IMG/VR virus record: IMGVR_UViG_3300037471_001733 | Span: 22,201-86,200 of that record | DNA length: 64,000 bases | Strand: one strand, 5' to 3' | Source: a virus | Lineage: Duplodnaviria > Heunggongvirae > Uroviricota > Caudoviricetes | In this document: positions 1 to 9,099 of the stretch, one piece after another | Layout: each line of letters opens with the position of its first letter | Position numbering within the stretch: the first letter of the stretch is position 1 | Translations under genes and position numbers: made by a program | Notes under the pieces: generated by a model | The model's input: the letters and a program-made list of their open reading frames with translations, nothing else | Databases searched by the model: none | Told to the model about the DNA's origin: nothing

Positions 1-116
1 ACGCCGCCGGCAGGAACTGCCCACGACATGACAGGGAAAAGCACCTGCGCGGGGGCATCGCCGGCACCCTCAATGGATACAGGGCCGACAACAACGGCTT
101 GAAGGGTCATGGCTGC

Positions 117-650
117 TCAGCTAATTGATGCGACCGTGCCGTCGCTGTTGTAGGTCCACGTCTGCAGCGTCACGCTGCCGCTCGTGACGGTGGAGACTTT
201 CTTTTTGCCGTTAACGGTGGTGTAGTTGACCGTGTAGGTCACGCCGTTGACGGTGTACGTCGCAACGGATTTGTCCGAGTTGTACGTATAGGTTGCGCCG
301 CTATTGATGATCCCCAGCAGCTTCAAATCGGCGGCATTGGTCGTCACCGAGAACCGCTTGGTGCCAGCTGAGAAATTGACCGGCAGCGTGGCGCTGCTAC
401 CGGACTGAGGCGATGTGCGCTCAAACGTATCGCCGCCGAGATACGTTCCCTCGCCGGTCTCCCACTGTCCGGTCGGCTGGTAGTTGGCATCCACGGCCTC
501 ATAGCGGTACGGGATGCGCGCGTTTACCGCAGCAACCGATTGCAGCGTGCGACGGCCCGGGAAAGGCGTCGTGGGGGACAGCGTGACGTTGCCAGTGCCG
601 GTACTTGTGCTCGTCTGAGCCACCGCGTCATGGAATTCCTTGATCGGCAT
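117..650 (-). CDS. Hypothetical virion (neck/tail-proximal) protein
   Basis: 177-aa ORF directly downstream of the head-tail adaptor gene in the structural operon; T/S/G-rich; no motif recognised. Confidence 0.4.
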   Translation of the reverse strand: MPIKEFHDAVAQTSTSTGTGNVTLSPTTPFPGRRTLQSVAAVNARIPYRYEAVDANYQPTGQWETGEGTYLGGDTFERTSPQSGSSATLPVNFSAGTKRFSVTTNAADLKLLGIINSGATYTYNSDKSVATYTVNGVTYTVNYTTVNGKKKVSTVTSGSVTLQTWTYNSDGTVASIS

Positions 651-654
651 GTGT

Positions 655-1017
655 TCAGCTCTTCAGGTTCGTGTTCTCACAAGCCAGGTCGATGAACGCC
701 CTGTCGGAAGTCGGCATGACGGCGCGGATGTCGTAAGGCCTGCCGTCAATGAGCAATCGCATCCCGGCGTCAATACCGGTGCGATGTCGGATGCGCACGG
801 ACGCGCGCACCGTGGAGAGATCTGCGCCGCCCTTCACAGCCTCAAGGCCGTTGACGTGACGCACGTCAGCCCAAAGCCGCGCGATCTCGGTCCAATCGCC
901 GACGACCTCCTGGCCGAAGTCGTCCTTTCCGCTGGGACGCTGTTGCAACGTCACCCGGAAGTTGAAGGCGCCGGCACCCATTAGCCGTAGACCTTGAATG
1001 GTTCCAGCAGTCCGCAC
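655..1017 (-). CDS. Head-tail adaptor / head closure protein (SPP1 gp16-like family, tentative)
   Basis: 120-aa ORF overlapping the gp6-like gene; expected size, position and loose sequence resemblance to phage head-tail joining proteins. Confidence 0.45.
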   Translation of the reverse strand: MRTAGTIQGLRLMGAGAFNFRVTLQQRPSGKDDFGQEVVGDWTEIARLWADVRHVNGLEAVKGGADLSTVRASVRIRHRTGIDAGMRLLIDGRPYDIRAVMPTSDRAFIDLACENTNLKS

Positions 1018-1550
1018 AGATACGGCAGCGCCGTCATCTGCTTGCCTGCAACAGCCTCACGGTTCGCATAGAAGGCGCCGACGTGCAGCAAGATCCACTG
1101 TCGAATGGACTGCGGCACATCTGCGGGGCTGGACCCGAAACCGGCGACGTAGCGCACGCGCACCGTGTTGATTTCGGCGCGCGTCGTCGGCCATGCCTTC
1201 TCGAAGGCTGGCACTAGGTATGCCGGCGACACGTCGTTGCTGTTGTCTAGAACGTAGTCCGCAGGGTCCAGCGTGGCTAGCACGCCGTCCTCATCCACGT
1301 ACTGCAGCGACTCGACGCCCAGCACCCTGGGCCACTCCAGGCGCAGCGCCTCGCCGAATGCGTCCGTCGTCATCTGCCACGTTGTGCTGATGAGCGTGCG
1401 CTGCATCTGGCCTTCGGCAAGTTGCCGAGCGGCGGTTATGAGGCCGCCTATCAGCAAGTCCTCTTCGTCGTGATCGACTCGAAGGTGCAGCTTTGCCTCT
1501 GCGACGCTCACCGGTTCGGTGGTCGCATCCACGAGCTTTACGGTTGACAT
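981..1550 (-). CDS. gp6-like head-tail connector protein (Phage_connect_1-like)
   Basis: 189 aa; N-terminal VSVAEAKLHLRVDHDEEDLLIGGLITAARQ is characteristic of the phage gp6-like connector/DNA-packaging family. Confidence 0.55.
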   Translation of the reverse strand: MSTVKLVDATTEPVSVAEAKLHLRVDHDEEDLLIGGLITAARQLAEGQMQRTLISTTWQMTTDAFGEALRLEWPRVLGVESLQYVDEDGVLATLDPADYVLDNSNDVSPAYLVPAFEKAWPTTRAEINTVRVRYVAGFGSSPADVPQSIRQWILLHVGAFYANREAVAGKQMTALPYLCGLLEPFKVYG

Positions 1551-1553
1551 GCG

Positions 1554-3239
1554 CTACCTTCTTGGACGCTTCGTGTCGTTCAGACGTGGCGCGAAGCCGC
1601 TGCCGCTCGGAGCGCGGCGATATACCTGCGTCGTGTAGACATAAGCCGACAGTGCCGACTGCTGCGTCGCAGCACGCACTACCACTGCACTCAGAGGCGC
1701 CGAGGCAGAGGCTGCATTGACCACGACGGCCGTGACCGGAACGCTGGCGTTCTGAGCAACCTGCACGATCGTGCTCAGGTCTATCGACGTGCTCACGGGG
1801 TGGCTGGCGTCGATGTAGGCGCTCAGGCCAGAAACAGCCTCTGGCTGGCTCAGAACCCCGACACTGAGACCCGCGCTGCGGGTCATGGTGTCAAGCACCG
1901 CAGCACTGACATCAGCAGCCGCCGTGACGCTGACGGCCTCCATGACCATCAGCGACAAGCCGGCCTGCGTCGACTGTGCCGCCGCGATCACGACGTCAAG
2001 CGCCGTCTCCACCGCCTGCTCAACACTCAGTGCCGCACTCAGCGCGGCCTCGACGGCTTGGGTGACCGATACAGGAACTGACAGCTCTGCCTGGAGCAGC
2101 ATCGGCACGTTGATGCAGACATCCAGCGCTGCCGACGTGACCGGCTGATCAAGAACCGCTACCGAGACCTCGGCAAAAGCTTCAACGGGCGTTTCAATCG
2201 CCGCCGACATCTCCACCGTCAACTCGGGGATGGAGTGGATCTGCAGCGACAGATCGGCCGCTAGGGTGTTGCTGAAGAGCACACCGACGCTGAAGGGGAA
2301 ACTTACCTCCGCGTTGGACACCCGGCTGAAAACCGGCATGCCAACCTGCTCGTGCGCGTAAGTCGCCGCCCAGCCGATGTCGGCCGACCAGGCCAGCGGC
2401 AGCCCTTCGTCATAGAACGGGGTGCCAGGCGTCTGCGGCGGCACCGCACCGAGGCCGCCGAGTTCCAGCACTGCGAGACTGCGGAAGCCGGCGTCCTGTC
2501 GGATGTAGACGCTCAGCCCAGTGTTGGCTGAACGCGCCTCCAGCACTGCTGCGGACAACAGCACCTCTGCCGAGCGCGGCTCGTACACGCTGACCGACAG
2601 CGCTGCATCCAGCGAGGCGCTGCGCTGGTTGAACGCCGGCTGCACACCAAGGGGCTGGTATGCATAGATCGCCGACCAGCCGATGTCCGAGGCCCACGCT
2701 TGCGGAAGGCCCTCATCGTTGGCCGGAACCCGCGGCGTCTGCGGCGGCGCTGCTGAGATGCCGCCGGCTTCAAGTAGCGCCAGGCCGCGGAAACCGCTGG
2801 CCGTGGTGACGATCTGCGCGCTCAGTTCGGCGCTGTTCGTGCGCGCGGCCTGCACCGGCGCCGACAGCGGCGCCGACACAGAGCCGGCCTGCTGGACCGC
2901 TACGGACAGCGCCGCATCAGCCTTGGAGACCGGGACGCTGATTGCGCTAAGGCCGCCAGCCTCCAGCAACGCCAGGCCACGGAAACCGCCTTGCCGAATG
3001 TAGACGCTCAGCGGCGCGCTGAGGGTCACGCCCGTGCGCGGCGCGCTGATGCCGCCCAGCTCCAACAGCGCAACACTGCGCCAGCCGCCGTCCAGACGTA
3101 CCAGCGCGCTCAGCGGCGCGCTGGCCGTGGGCTTTGTGCTGACGGCTACCGAGAGCCCAGCCGAGGTGGTGCGCCCGGGGCCGAGCGCACTGACGCCACC
3201 CAGCTCTGGTAGCGCCAGCGAGCGAAAACCGCCCGCCAC
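1554..3239 (-). CDS. Repeat-rich virion protein: five GFRxLALLExGG repeats, then an A/V/S-rich C-terminal half
   Basis: 561-aa ORF in the structural operon. Interspersed imperfect DNA repeats (core GCCAGGCCACGGAAACCGCC) at about 2455, 2770, 2965, 3065, 3190. Confidence 0.5.
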   Translation of the reverse strand: MAGGFRSLALPELGGVSALGPGRTTSAGLSVAVSTKPTASAPLSALVRLDGGWRSVALLELGGISAPRTGVTLSAPLSVYIRQGGFRGLALLEAGGLSAISVPVSKADAALSVAVQQAGSVSAPLSAPVQAARTNSAELSAQIVTTASGFRGLALLEAGGISAAPPQTPRVPANDEGLPQAWASDIGWSAIYAYQPLGVQPAFNQRSASLDAALSVSVYEPRSAEVLLSAAVLEARSANTGLSVYIRQDAGFRSLAVLELGGLGAVPPQTPGTPFYDEGLPLAWSADIGWAATYAHEQVGMPVFSRVSNAEVSFPFSVGVLFSNTLAADLSLQIHSIPELTVEMSAAIETPVEAFAEVSVAVLDQPVTSAALDVCINVPMLLQAELSVPVSVTQAVEAALSAALSVEQAVETALDVVIAAAQSTQAGLSLMVMEAVSVTAAADVSAAVLDTMTRSAGLSVGVLSQPEAVSGLSAYIDASHPVSTSIDLSTIVQVAQNASVPVTAVVVNAASASAPLSAVVVRAATQQSALSAYVYTTQVYRRAPSGSGFAPRLNDTKRPRR

Positions 3240-3250
3240 AGTGGGCTACC

Positions 3251-3727
3251 TCAGGCGGCGCCGACGATGGGCACGGCCGCCGCGTCGGTGGTCAACGTCT
3301 GGGTGTACTGAGTCGTGGAGCCATCGGTCTTCTTGACCGTCAGCGTCGCGCCGGAAATGCTGAAGTCAGCGCGCAGGCCGGTGGTCTCAAGCCACTCGGT
3401 GCCTCCCACCAAGCTCTCGTACACGTTCGACGGAACGACCATGTAGTCATGCCACACGGGCAGCGCACCGGTTTCGTTCACTGCCACGCGCAAGCGGCCG
3501 AGAGTACCGGTGTCGGTGGCATTGATGGCCACGCTGTAGTAGCCGTTCTCCATGTGCGTTGCGGTAGTCGTTTCCGACTTTTGCGCGAAGGCTGCGGCGT
3601 TCTTGGACAGGCGGATCTTTGCTTGAGTCAGCGACAGAGCAGTCTCGGCCGTGAAACCATCGGTGCTGTCAACAAACGGACCGAGCACCAGCGTGGCGGC
3701 CGTGGATTGCTTGAGAAGAGTGCTCAT
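3251..3727 (-). CDS. Hypothetical structural protein
   Basis: 158-aa ORF, 12-bp gap to the next gene, co-oriented in the structural operon. Confidence 0.45.
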   Translation of the reverse strand: MSTLLKQSTAATLVLGPFVDSTDGFTAETALSLTQAKIRLSKNAAAFAQKSETTTATHMENGYYSVAINATDTGTLGRLRVAVNETGALPVWHDYMVVPSNVYESLVGGTEWLETTGLRADFSISGATLTVKKTDGSTTQYTQTLTTDAAAVPIVGAA

Positions 3728-4455
3728 TGCGCGGACCTCAGTCGGAATTGATGCATGGAACGAGGGGCCTGTGACTGGCTGCTGCCGGAGCCGAGAACTT
3801 CGATGGCGGCCAGCGTCCAGGTCTGTGAAGCGGGGGCCGTCATGCCAATCGCGTAGGTGCCAGTGGCGCCTGAATCGGCGTGGTAGCCGTGGTACACGCA
3901 GTACTCGTTGGCCAGTGTGTCGTTGTTCTGCGCAACGGCAGCAGTGCGCTGCGTGAACGTCCCGGCATTGCTGCGGTATGTCTGCGATGTCAACGCAGTG
4001 GCCGCACGGTCGCCGATGAACATCACCGCCGCCGAGTTGGCCCCGGTGGTCGTCAAGTTGACGGACGGAGCCGTGCCGGTACCGGAGCCAGAGACAACGG
4101 CACCGACGCCGCCAGCACTGCGGAACTGGTACGCCGTCGCGCCGAACACGATGCCATCGTCTCCTTCAGTGCCAGCGCCGCGCGAGACCGAGATCGTCAC
4201 GGACGCTGCCGTGGACGCAGTGGCGGTCCAGATGTAGAGCTCAGCGTGCGACGAGTCGACCGCGACGTCCGCGCGTTGCGTGTACGTGTTCGTCGCGCTG
4301 TCGCTAACGACTAGGCCGTCAATGTGCGATTTCAGGGTGCCAATGACGACGATCAGGTCGCCAACCTGCGTCGTGAGCGACATGGTCAGCGCGCTGCCGA
4401 AGGCCTGGGCCCATGTGCTCGTGTTTACGCTGGTGACAAAGGTTGGTGCTGCCAT
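3724..4455 (-). CDS. Hypothetical structural protein
   Basis: 243-aa ORF; ATGA overlap with the upstream gene; T/S/A-rich beta-like composition. Confidence 0.45.
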   Translation of the reverse strand: MAAPTFVTSVNTSTWAQAFGSALTMSLTTQVGDLIVVIGTLKSHIDGLVVSDSATNTYTQRADVAVDSSHAELYIWTATASTAASVTISVSRGAGTEGDDGIVFGATAYQFRSAGGVGAVVSGSGTGTAPSVNLTTTGANSAAVMFIGDRAATALTSQTYRSNAGTFTQRTAAVAQNNDTLANEYCVYHGYHADSGATGTYAIGMTAPASQTWTLAAIEVLGSGSSQSQAPRSMHQFRLRSAQ

Positions 4456-4457
4456 GG

Positions 4458-5933
4458 TCAGGTTCTCTGGTAAGCGCCGCGGGTCCAGTTGCCAGCCACG
4501 CGCGGGACGCCATCCATGTCGATGTCGTACGGCGCCGCCAAGTCGATGCCGGCCGCAAAGCTGGCGGTGCTGGCGATGTGGTAATCGGCGCCGGCGTAGT
4601 TCTTGAAGATGGACGTCGGCACGCTGAAAATTGCGTTCGTTCCGGAGCCGCTGTAACTCGTGTTCGAAAACGCGTTATGCGACACCACTGAACCGCTTCC
4701 GGCCGTGATGGAGCCGCCGCTACCGATCCAGAGGTTGTTGCGCACGGTGTTGCCGCTGCCGTCCGGGAACTGGATGCCGGCGTTTCCTTCGAGGCCGCGG
4801 ATGAACGTGTTGTTGACGATCACGCAGCCAGTGCCGTTGCCGCCGTTGGTCGGGTTGCCCAGGAAGCCGATGGCGGCATCGCCGACATAGAACGTGTCGA
4901 AGACATTGCCGTACACGAAGATCGCGGGCTTGCGGCTCTGCGAGCGGTTGACGGCCACGGCGATGAGCGCGGTGCCGCCGAGCCCAGACTGGTAGCTGTT
5001 GCGCCAGACGTTGTGCCGAATGACGGTGTCGAACACCGAGAAATACACGTTGACGATTTCGCCGTGGTGCGTGCCGTTGCTCCACGCGTTCTCGCAGGCG
5101 TTGTATTCGATCACGCAGCCATCGGTCTGACGGATGAAGAAGACGTTGCTGCTGCGGTTTATGTAGTTGCGACTGAAGACGATTCCCGTACCCTGAATGT
5201 CGTTCGAGTCTGTATCGAACGTGTACGGCCGGTAGTTGCTGTCGGTCTGCGGGCCAATGCCGTAGCAGTAGCAGCGCGTGATGGTGACGTTGTTGACGGC
5301 TGTGCCGCCGAAGCGGATGTTCTGGCCGCGGGCGTTGCCGCCGGGGCCGGTGGTCGTTCCGTTGCCGCCGGACGTCGAGTGGTCGATGCGGATGCCGTAG
5401 CTGTCGCCGTCGAACCAGTTCAACTCGTTGCGCGTGCCGCCGTCAATGATCCAGTTGCTCGTGTTGATGGTGATCGGTTCGAGCTGGCTGGTGAAGTACG
5501 CCTGGCCGGTGCCGAAGGAATCTGACCAGCCCTGGTTGGTGCCGTGATCCGAGATAGTGGCCTTCTTGATCGTGATGTAGAGCGATCCGTTCGTGGCCGT
5601 GCTCAGCGTGCGCGTGGTGTAGGTACCAGACTTCAGGTAGTACGTGAATCCGCGCTGAAAATTGACTGTGCTCCAGGGCGCCACGTTGTTCCAGTCATCC
5701 CCGGATTGGTCACCAGAGGGCAGCGGACCAACGTACTTGGCATTCGTCGGCGCCTGCGCCTGCTGATCGATCTGCATTGACAGGCCGGCAGATAGAAGCC
5801 GCTGGTACCGCAATGCGAGGGAAAGCGGGCCCGACGCAATGGCGGACGCCGGCTGCGCAAACGACTCCGATGGTCGCTTGCGCTGCGGTCGCCCCATGCC
5901 GGCGCGCACTGCAATGGGCCTGCTGTACGCCAT
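4458..5933 (-). CDS. Right-handed parallel beta-helix (pectate-lyase-like) protein; putative depolymerase or spike
   Basis: 491 aa; repeated NNxFxxG...GIxF...GNTVRNNxW-type coils (NNTFIRGLEGNAGIQFPDGSGNTVRNNLWIGSGG; RHNVWRNSYQSGLGG) typical of beta-helix glycosidase or tailspike domains. Confidence 0.6.
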   Translation of the reverse strand: MAYSRPIAVRAGMGRPQRKRPSESFAQPASAIASGPLSLALRYQRLLSAGLSMQIDQQAQAPTNAKYVGPLPSGDQSGDDWNNVAPWSTVNFQRGFTYYLKSGTYTTRTLSTATNGSLYITIKKATISDHGTNQGWSDSFGTGQAYFTSQLEPITINTSNWIIDGGTRNELNWFDGDSYGIRIDHSTSGGNGTTTGPGGNARGQNIRFGGTAVNNVTITRCYCYGIGPQTDSNYRPYTFDTDSNDIQGTGIVFSRNYINRSSNVFFIRQTDGCVIEYNACENAWSNGTHHGEIVNVYFSVFDTVIRHNVWRNSYQSGLGGTALIAVAVNRSQSRKPAIFVYGNVFDTFYVGDAAIGFLGNPTNGGNGTGCVIVNNTFIRGLEGNAGIQFPDGSGNTVRNNLWIGSGGSITAGSGSVVSHNAFSNTSYSGSGTNAIFSVPTSIFKNYAGADYHIASTASFAAGIDLAAPYDIDMDGVPRVAGNWTRGAYQRT

Positions 5934-5936
5934 GAC

Positions 5937-6380
5937 TCAGCCGTCGATCTCTTCGATCGCCAGGTTGATCGTCACGTTGCCCGTGCCGCTGGCACTGCGG
6001 ATGCTGACCTGGCCGCTGACAGGCACCGGGAACTCCCAGCCGGGCGCGGCGACGTACTTGTCGATGCCGCCGTTGGCGTTGGGGCCCATGCGCCACAGGA
6101 TTGCGCCGTCCAGCGTCGGGGCTGCGGCCCAGGTCGTATAGACGCTGAAGGACGCCGCTGCGCTGGACGGGTTCAGCTTGCTGGGCGTGATCGCGCCGCC
6201 GGGCGTCGTGCCTCCGGAACTGCGCTGCACCAGGATTTCGTTGACGGCCGATGCCGTGTCCATCCCTTTGATGTCGATGACGGTGATGCGCAACGGCTTG
6301 GTGGAACTGGCGACGATGGTGAGCAGGTCGGCCGTCGTGCTGAGCGTGGTGCGGGCACGCGAAACTGAGAAGAGAGGCAT
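5937..6380 (-). CDS. Hypothetical structural protein
   Basis: 147-aa ORF with a 3-bp gap to the beta-helix gene. Confidence 0.45.
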   Translation of the reverse strand: MPLFSVSRARTTLSTTADLLTIVASSTKPLRITVIDIKGMDTASAVNEILVQRSSGGTTPGGAITPSKLNPSSAAASFSVYTTWAAAPTLDGAILWRMGPNANGGIDKYVAAPGWEFPVPVSGQVSIRSASGTGNVTINLAIEEIDG

Positions 6381-6398
6381 TGCAGGTTCTCCAGAAGA

Positions 6399-6650
6399 TC
6401 AGGGCTGCAGGTCCTGGCGAGACACCACGACCGCCCCGCTTGCGCTATCCACGTAGACACGCACGCCGGCCAGTTCGACCACGACCCACTCGACGTTCGA
6501 CTGAGCCTCCGTCCCGACATCCCTGATGCCGCGGCGGCGGAAGATCGCGCCTTCGGTGTCATGGAGCGCGACACGGACGGAGCCGTTGGACGCTGCGCGC
6601 ATGCCGCTCTGTGCGTCTGCGTCGATTTCGAAGGGGATGGGCTGGGTCAT
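6399..6650 (-). CDS. Hypothetical protein
   Basis: 83-aa ORF in the structural operon, downstream of an intrinsic terminator. Confidence 0.4.
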   Translation of the reverse strand: MTQPIPFEIDADAQSGMRAASNGSVRVALHDTEGAIFRRRGIRDVGTEAQSNVEWVVVELAGVRVYVDSASGAVVVSRQDLQP

Positions 6651-6661
6651 GAGGTGTTGGC

Positions 6662-6690
6662 GCGAAAAAGCCGCCTCGTGGGCGGCTTGT
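6662..6690 (-). terminator. Rho-independent terminator after the 162-aa gene
   Basis: On the minus strand, GCCGCC-CACGA-GGCGGC hairpin followed by TTTTT. Confidence 0.55.
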
Positions 6691-6727
6691 TAGGTGATCC
6701 GTATCTGAGAGCGCTATTAGTTGCGCC

Positions 6728-7216
6728 TCAGACTTCATCCCAGGAAAAGTAGACGCTGTCACCTTGCGCGAGGCCGCCCGTCGCAGTCGACTGCACTTCG
6801 CACATCAGGACCAAGTGGTCGCCCTTTTCGCCAGTGCTCGTGTACGGGCCGGCGCCAAGACTCAGCGCGGAGCCGGACGTGTAGCCAAAGAAGTTGTTGT
6901 AGCCGGTGGTAGCCGTGGCCTCGGCCGGCGTGGCGTAGGTGGTCACGGCCTTTGCCCACAGCAGAACACCGGTGCCCAGGCTGTTGGTGCCGTCGGAGTA
7001 CGCCTTGATGCCGGTGATCTGCGAGTACGTGCCGCCGGTCACCTCCAGGCGCAACCACTTCTCATACGAGAAATCGCTGCCGCTGGTCGGCTTGACCATC
7101 GGGTTGTTCAGATCGACGGCGCTGTTGTCCGCATTTTTGAACCGGATGCCACTGGCCGCGTCCGTCGCGGTTGCACCGGCCCCATTTTTTTGCACGATGC
7201 GAGTCGTTGCGGCCAT
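6728..7216 (-). CDS. Hypothetical abundant virion protein (possible decoration or fibre)
   Basis: 162-aa ORF bracketed by intrinsic terminators. Confidence 0.5.
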   Translation of the reverse strand: MAATTRIVQKNGAGATATDAASGIRFKNADNSAVDLNNPMVKPTSGSDFSYEKWLRLEVTGGTYSQITGIKAYSDGTNSLGTGVLLWAKAVTTYATPAEATATTGYNNFFGYTSGSALSLGAGPYTSTGEKGDHLVLMCEVQSTATGGLAQGDSVYFSWDEV

Positions 7217-7225
7217 GTGGCCTCC

Positions 7226-7254
7226 TCAAAAAGAAAAGCCGCCCGAAGGCGGCT
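7226..7254 (-). terminator. Rho-independent terminator after the 145-aa gene
   Basis: On the minus strand, GCCGCC-TTCG-GGCGGC hairpin followed by TTTTCTTTTT. Confidence 0.55.
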
Positions 7255-7276
7255 TGATGGTTGCAAGTGAAGCGGC

Positions 7277-7714
7277 TTAGGCCGGCGTGCTAGCCGGGTG
7301 GCCCTTGATCACGTTCACGGCGATGGGCGTGCCAGCGCCGTGGGTGCCGCTGAAATCAGCGGTGACCTTCAGGTAACGGCGTTCGCCGATGTAGGCCACC
7401 TTGGCGACGGTGGCCGCAGCGTGAGCAGCGGTCAGCGAGCGCACGATGCCGCCGGTGCCCACGCTGGAGTCAGCGTTGGTCAGAAGGCGCACGTCATCAC
7501 TGGTCACGGCGGTGTACGTGGTGTCGTCCTTCGAGTGAGTCAGCAGGAACTCGATCTTGTTGGACGTGGTGAACGTGATGCCGCCGACGCCGACACCGAT
7601 GGAGACAACGGCGCTGTCGAAGCCCTTGAGATCAATGGCAGAGGAGGTCGTGTCGCTGGACAGCGTGGCGTTGAGCGCCGGCACGATGGAGATGTTGTTA
7701 GCGAGGTCTCGCAT
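7277..7714 (-). CDS. Hypothetical abundant virion protein (possible capsid decoration)
   Basis: 145-aa ORF immediately after the capsid gene, with a strong RBS and terminators on both sides. Confidence 0.5.
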   Translation of the reverse strand: MRDLANNISIVPALNATLSSDTTSSAIDLKGFDSAVVSIGVGVGGITFTTSNKIEFLLTHSKDDTTYTAVTSDDVRLLTNADSSVGTGGIVRSLTAAHAAATVAKVAYIGERRYLKVTADFSGTHGAGTPIAVNVIKGHPASTPA

Positions 7715-7741
7715 GACAATTCCTTTGGAAGCCTGGGTGAA

Positions 7742-7770
7742 GAAAGGCCTGTCAGTGCAGGCCTTTTTCA
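7742..7770. terminator. Bidirectional hairpin terminator between the capsid gene and the next gene
   Basis: GGCCTG-TCAGTG-CAGGCC hairpin with TTTTT on the plus strand and TTTCTTC on the minus strand. Confidence 0.5.
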
Positions 7771-7785
7771 GTGGTCAGTCGTGGA

Positions 7786-9033
7786 TCAGGACGCGGAAAT
7801 TTTGAGCTTCTTCATCGCGTCGCTCTGACGCACGCCGCCACCGACGCGCTTGCGGGCGCGGTACACCACGAGGCCGTTGTCGGCTTCGGTGATGTAATCG
7901 GCCTGGAAGCCCAGGCCGATGCGATCAACGATGGTGTATGCGCGCTTGAAGTCACCCCACAGCACCGGGTAGGCGCTGGCCGCGATGTCCGGAAGGTCAG
8001 GGAACTCAACGTACGGAGCGCCCAAGATCGTGTTCGCCACGGCGTTGGCGAAGCCAGGGGTCCAGAGGTAGTTGCCTTGGCCGTCCTTAAGCTTGCGGAT
8101 GTCACGGATGGTCTTGCGGTTCAGCGCGAACATCGCGTTGGCAGCGTAGGCCGTCTTCAGCTCGAACTGCAGGTTGATCAGGCCGTCAGACGTGATCTTG
8201 GTAGCGTCGCCGCTGACCACCTCACCGATGCCAGAGGCCACCAGCAGGCCCTCCATTTGCTGAGCGGCGGAGCCAACGCCGTTGATGGACTCGGCGCCTT
8301 CCTTCACGGCCATCTGCTCGGCGACTTCCATGCGCAGCTCGCCAAGGAGGTCGTAGTCCGAATCCTCCAACATCTGTTGCGACACGCGGTTGCGCGCGAA
8401 CATTTCCGGGGCCGTGATCTCGCCCATCCCATACTTGGGATCGGTCGTGTCCGTACGGGTCTCGATTTCACCGACGCGCTTGGCGCTGCCGGTGCCGACA
8501 CGCTTGGGCCACTTGTACGAGTGGCCGCCGATAATGCGCACGGTGGCGAGTCGACGGATGGGCGACTGCTCCACGATGTCCTTGAGGATCGCGCGCTCCA
8601 GATCCGGCGGGGCAAGCAGGTAGCCGGCGGACTGGTCGTCGCCCTTCACCAGAGACGCCATGTGCGTCTTGATGACCTGCATGTCCTCCAGCGAGCGGGC
8701 CTCATGGCGGGTGCGCATCACGCGGTTGAACGCGGCTTGCAGCTTGGCGTTCTCGGCGGCGGAGTCGGCAGCGGTGGAGCCGGGGCGCTGCAGCATGGTC
8801 TGGACTTGATCCAGTTGCTCCTGCATGGCCTTCGCAGCATTCTGCTGGGCCAGCAGTTGCTGGTTCATGTTCTCGTAGCGATCCAGCGTATCGCTGATCG
8901 CCTCGACCTTGGCAGTCAGGTCGCCAACGGCCTTGCCGTCAGCCTTGGCCGAGATGAGCTTGTCGTTGTGCTCACGCAGTTGCGTGACGGCTTCCATTAC
9001 TTCCTGGATGCCATCATTGGTGATGTTGGGCAT
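7786..9033 (-). CDS. Major capsid protein, HK97 family, with N-terminal delta (scaffold-like) coiled coil
   Basis: 415 aa; C-terminal LWTPGF...ILGAPYVEFPDL...GLGFQADYITEADNGLVVYRARKRVGGGV is typical of HK97-type capsid proteins. Confidence 0.85.
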   Translation of the reverse strand: MPNITNDGIQEVMEAVTQLREHNDKLISAKADGKAVGDLTAKVEAISDTLDRYENMNQQLLAQQNAAKAMQEQLDQVQTMLQRPGSTAADSAAENAKLQAAFNRVMRTRHEARSLEDMQVIKTHMASLVKGDDQSAGYLLAPPDLERAILKDIVEQSPIRRLATVRIIGGHSYKWPKRVGTGSAKRVGEIETRTDTTDPKYGMGEITAPEMFARNRVSQQMLEDSDYDLLGELRMEVAEQMAVKEGAESINGVGSAAQQMEGLLVASGIGEVVSGDATKITSDGLINLQFELKTAYAANAMFALNRKTIRDIRKLKDGQGNYLWTPGFANAVANTILGAPYVEFPDLPDIAASAYPVLWGDFKRAYTIVDRIGLGFQADYITEADNGLVVYRARKRVGGGVRQSDAMKKLKISAS

Positions 9034-9049
9034 TTGGATTCCTACAGAC

Positions 9050-9076
9050 GTAAAAAAGCCCGCTCGGGGCGGGCTT
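9050..9076 (-). terminator. Hairpin plus U-tract in the 66-bp gap between protease and capsid genes (attenuator or processing site)
   Basis: On the minus strand, GCCCGC-CCCGA-GCGGGC followed by TTTTTT, immediately upstream of the capsid RBS (TAGGAATCCAAATG). Confidence 0.45.
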
Positions 9077-9099
9077 CGTTGGGCTTGGGGACGGTTTGG

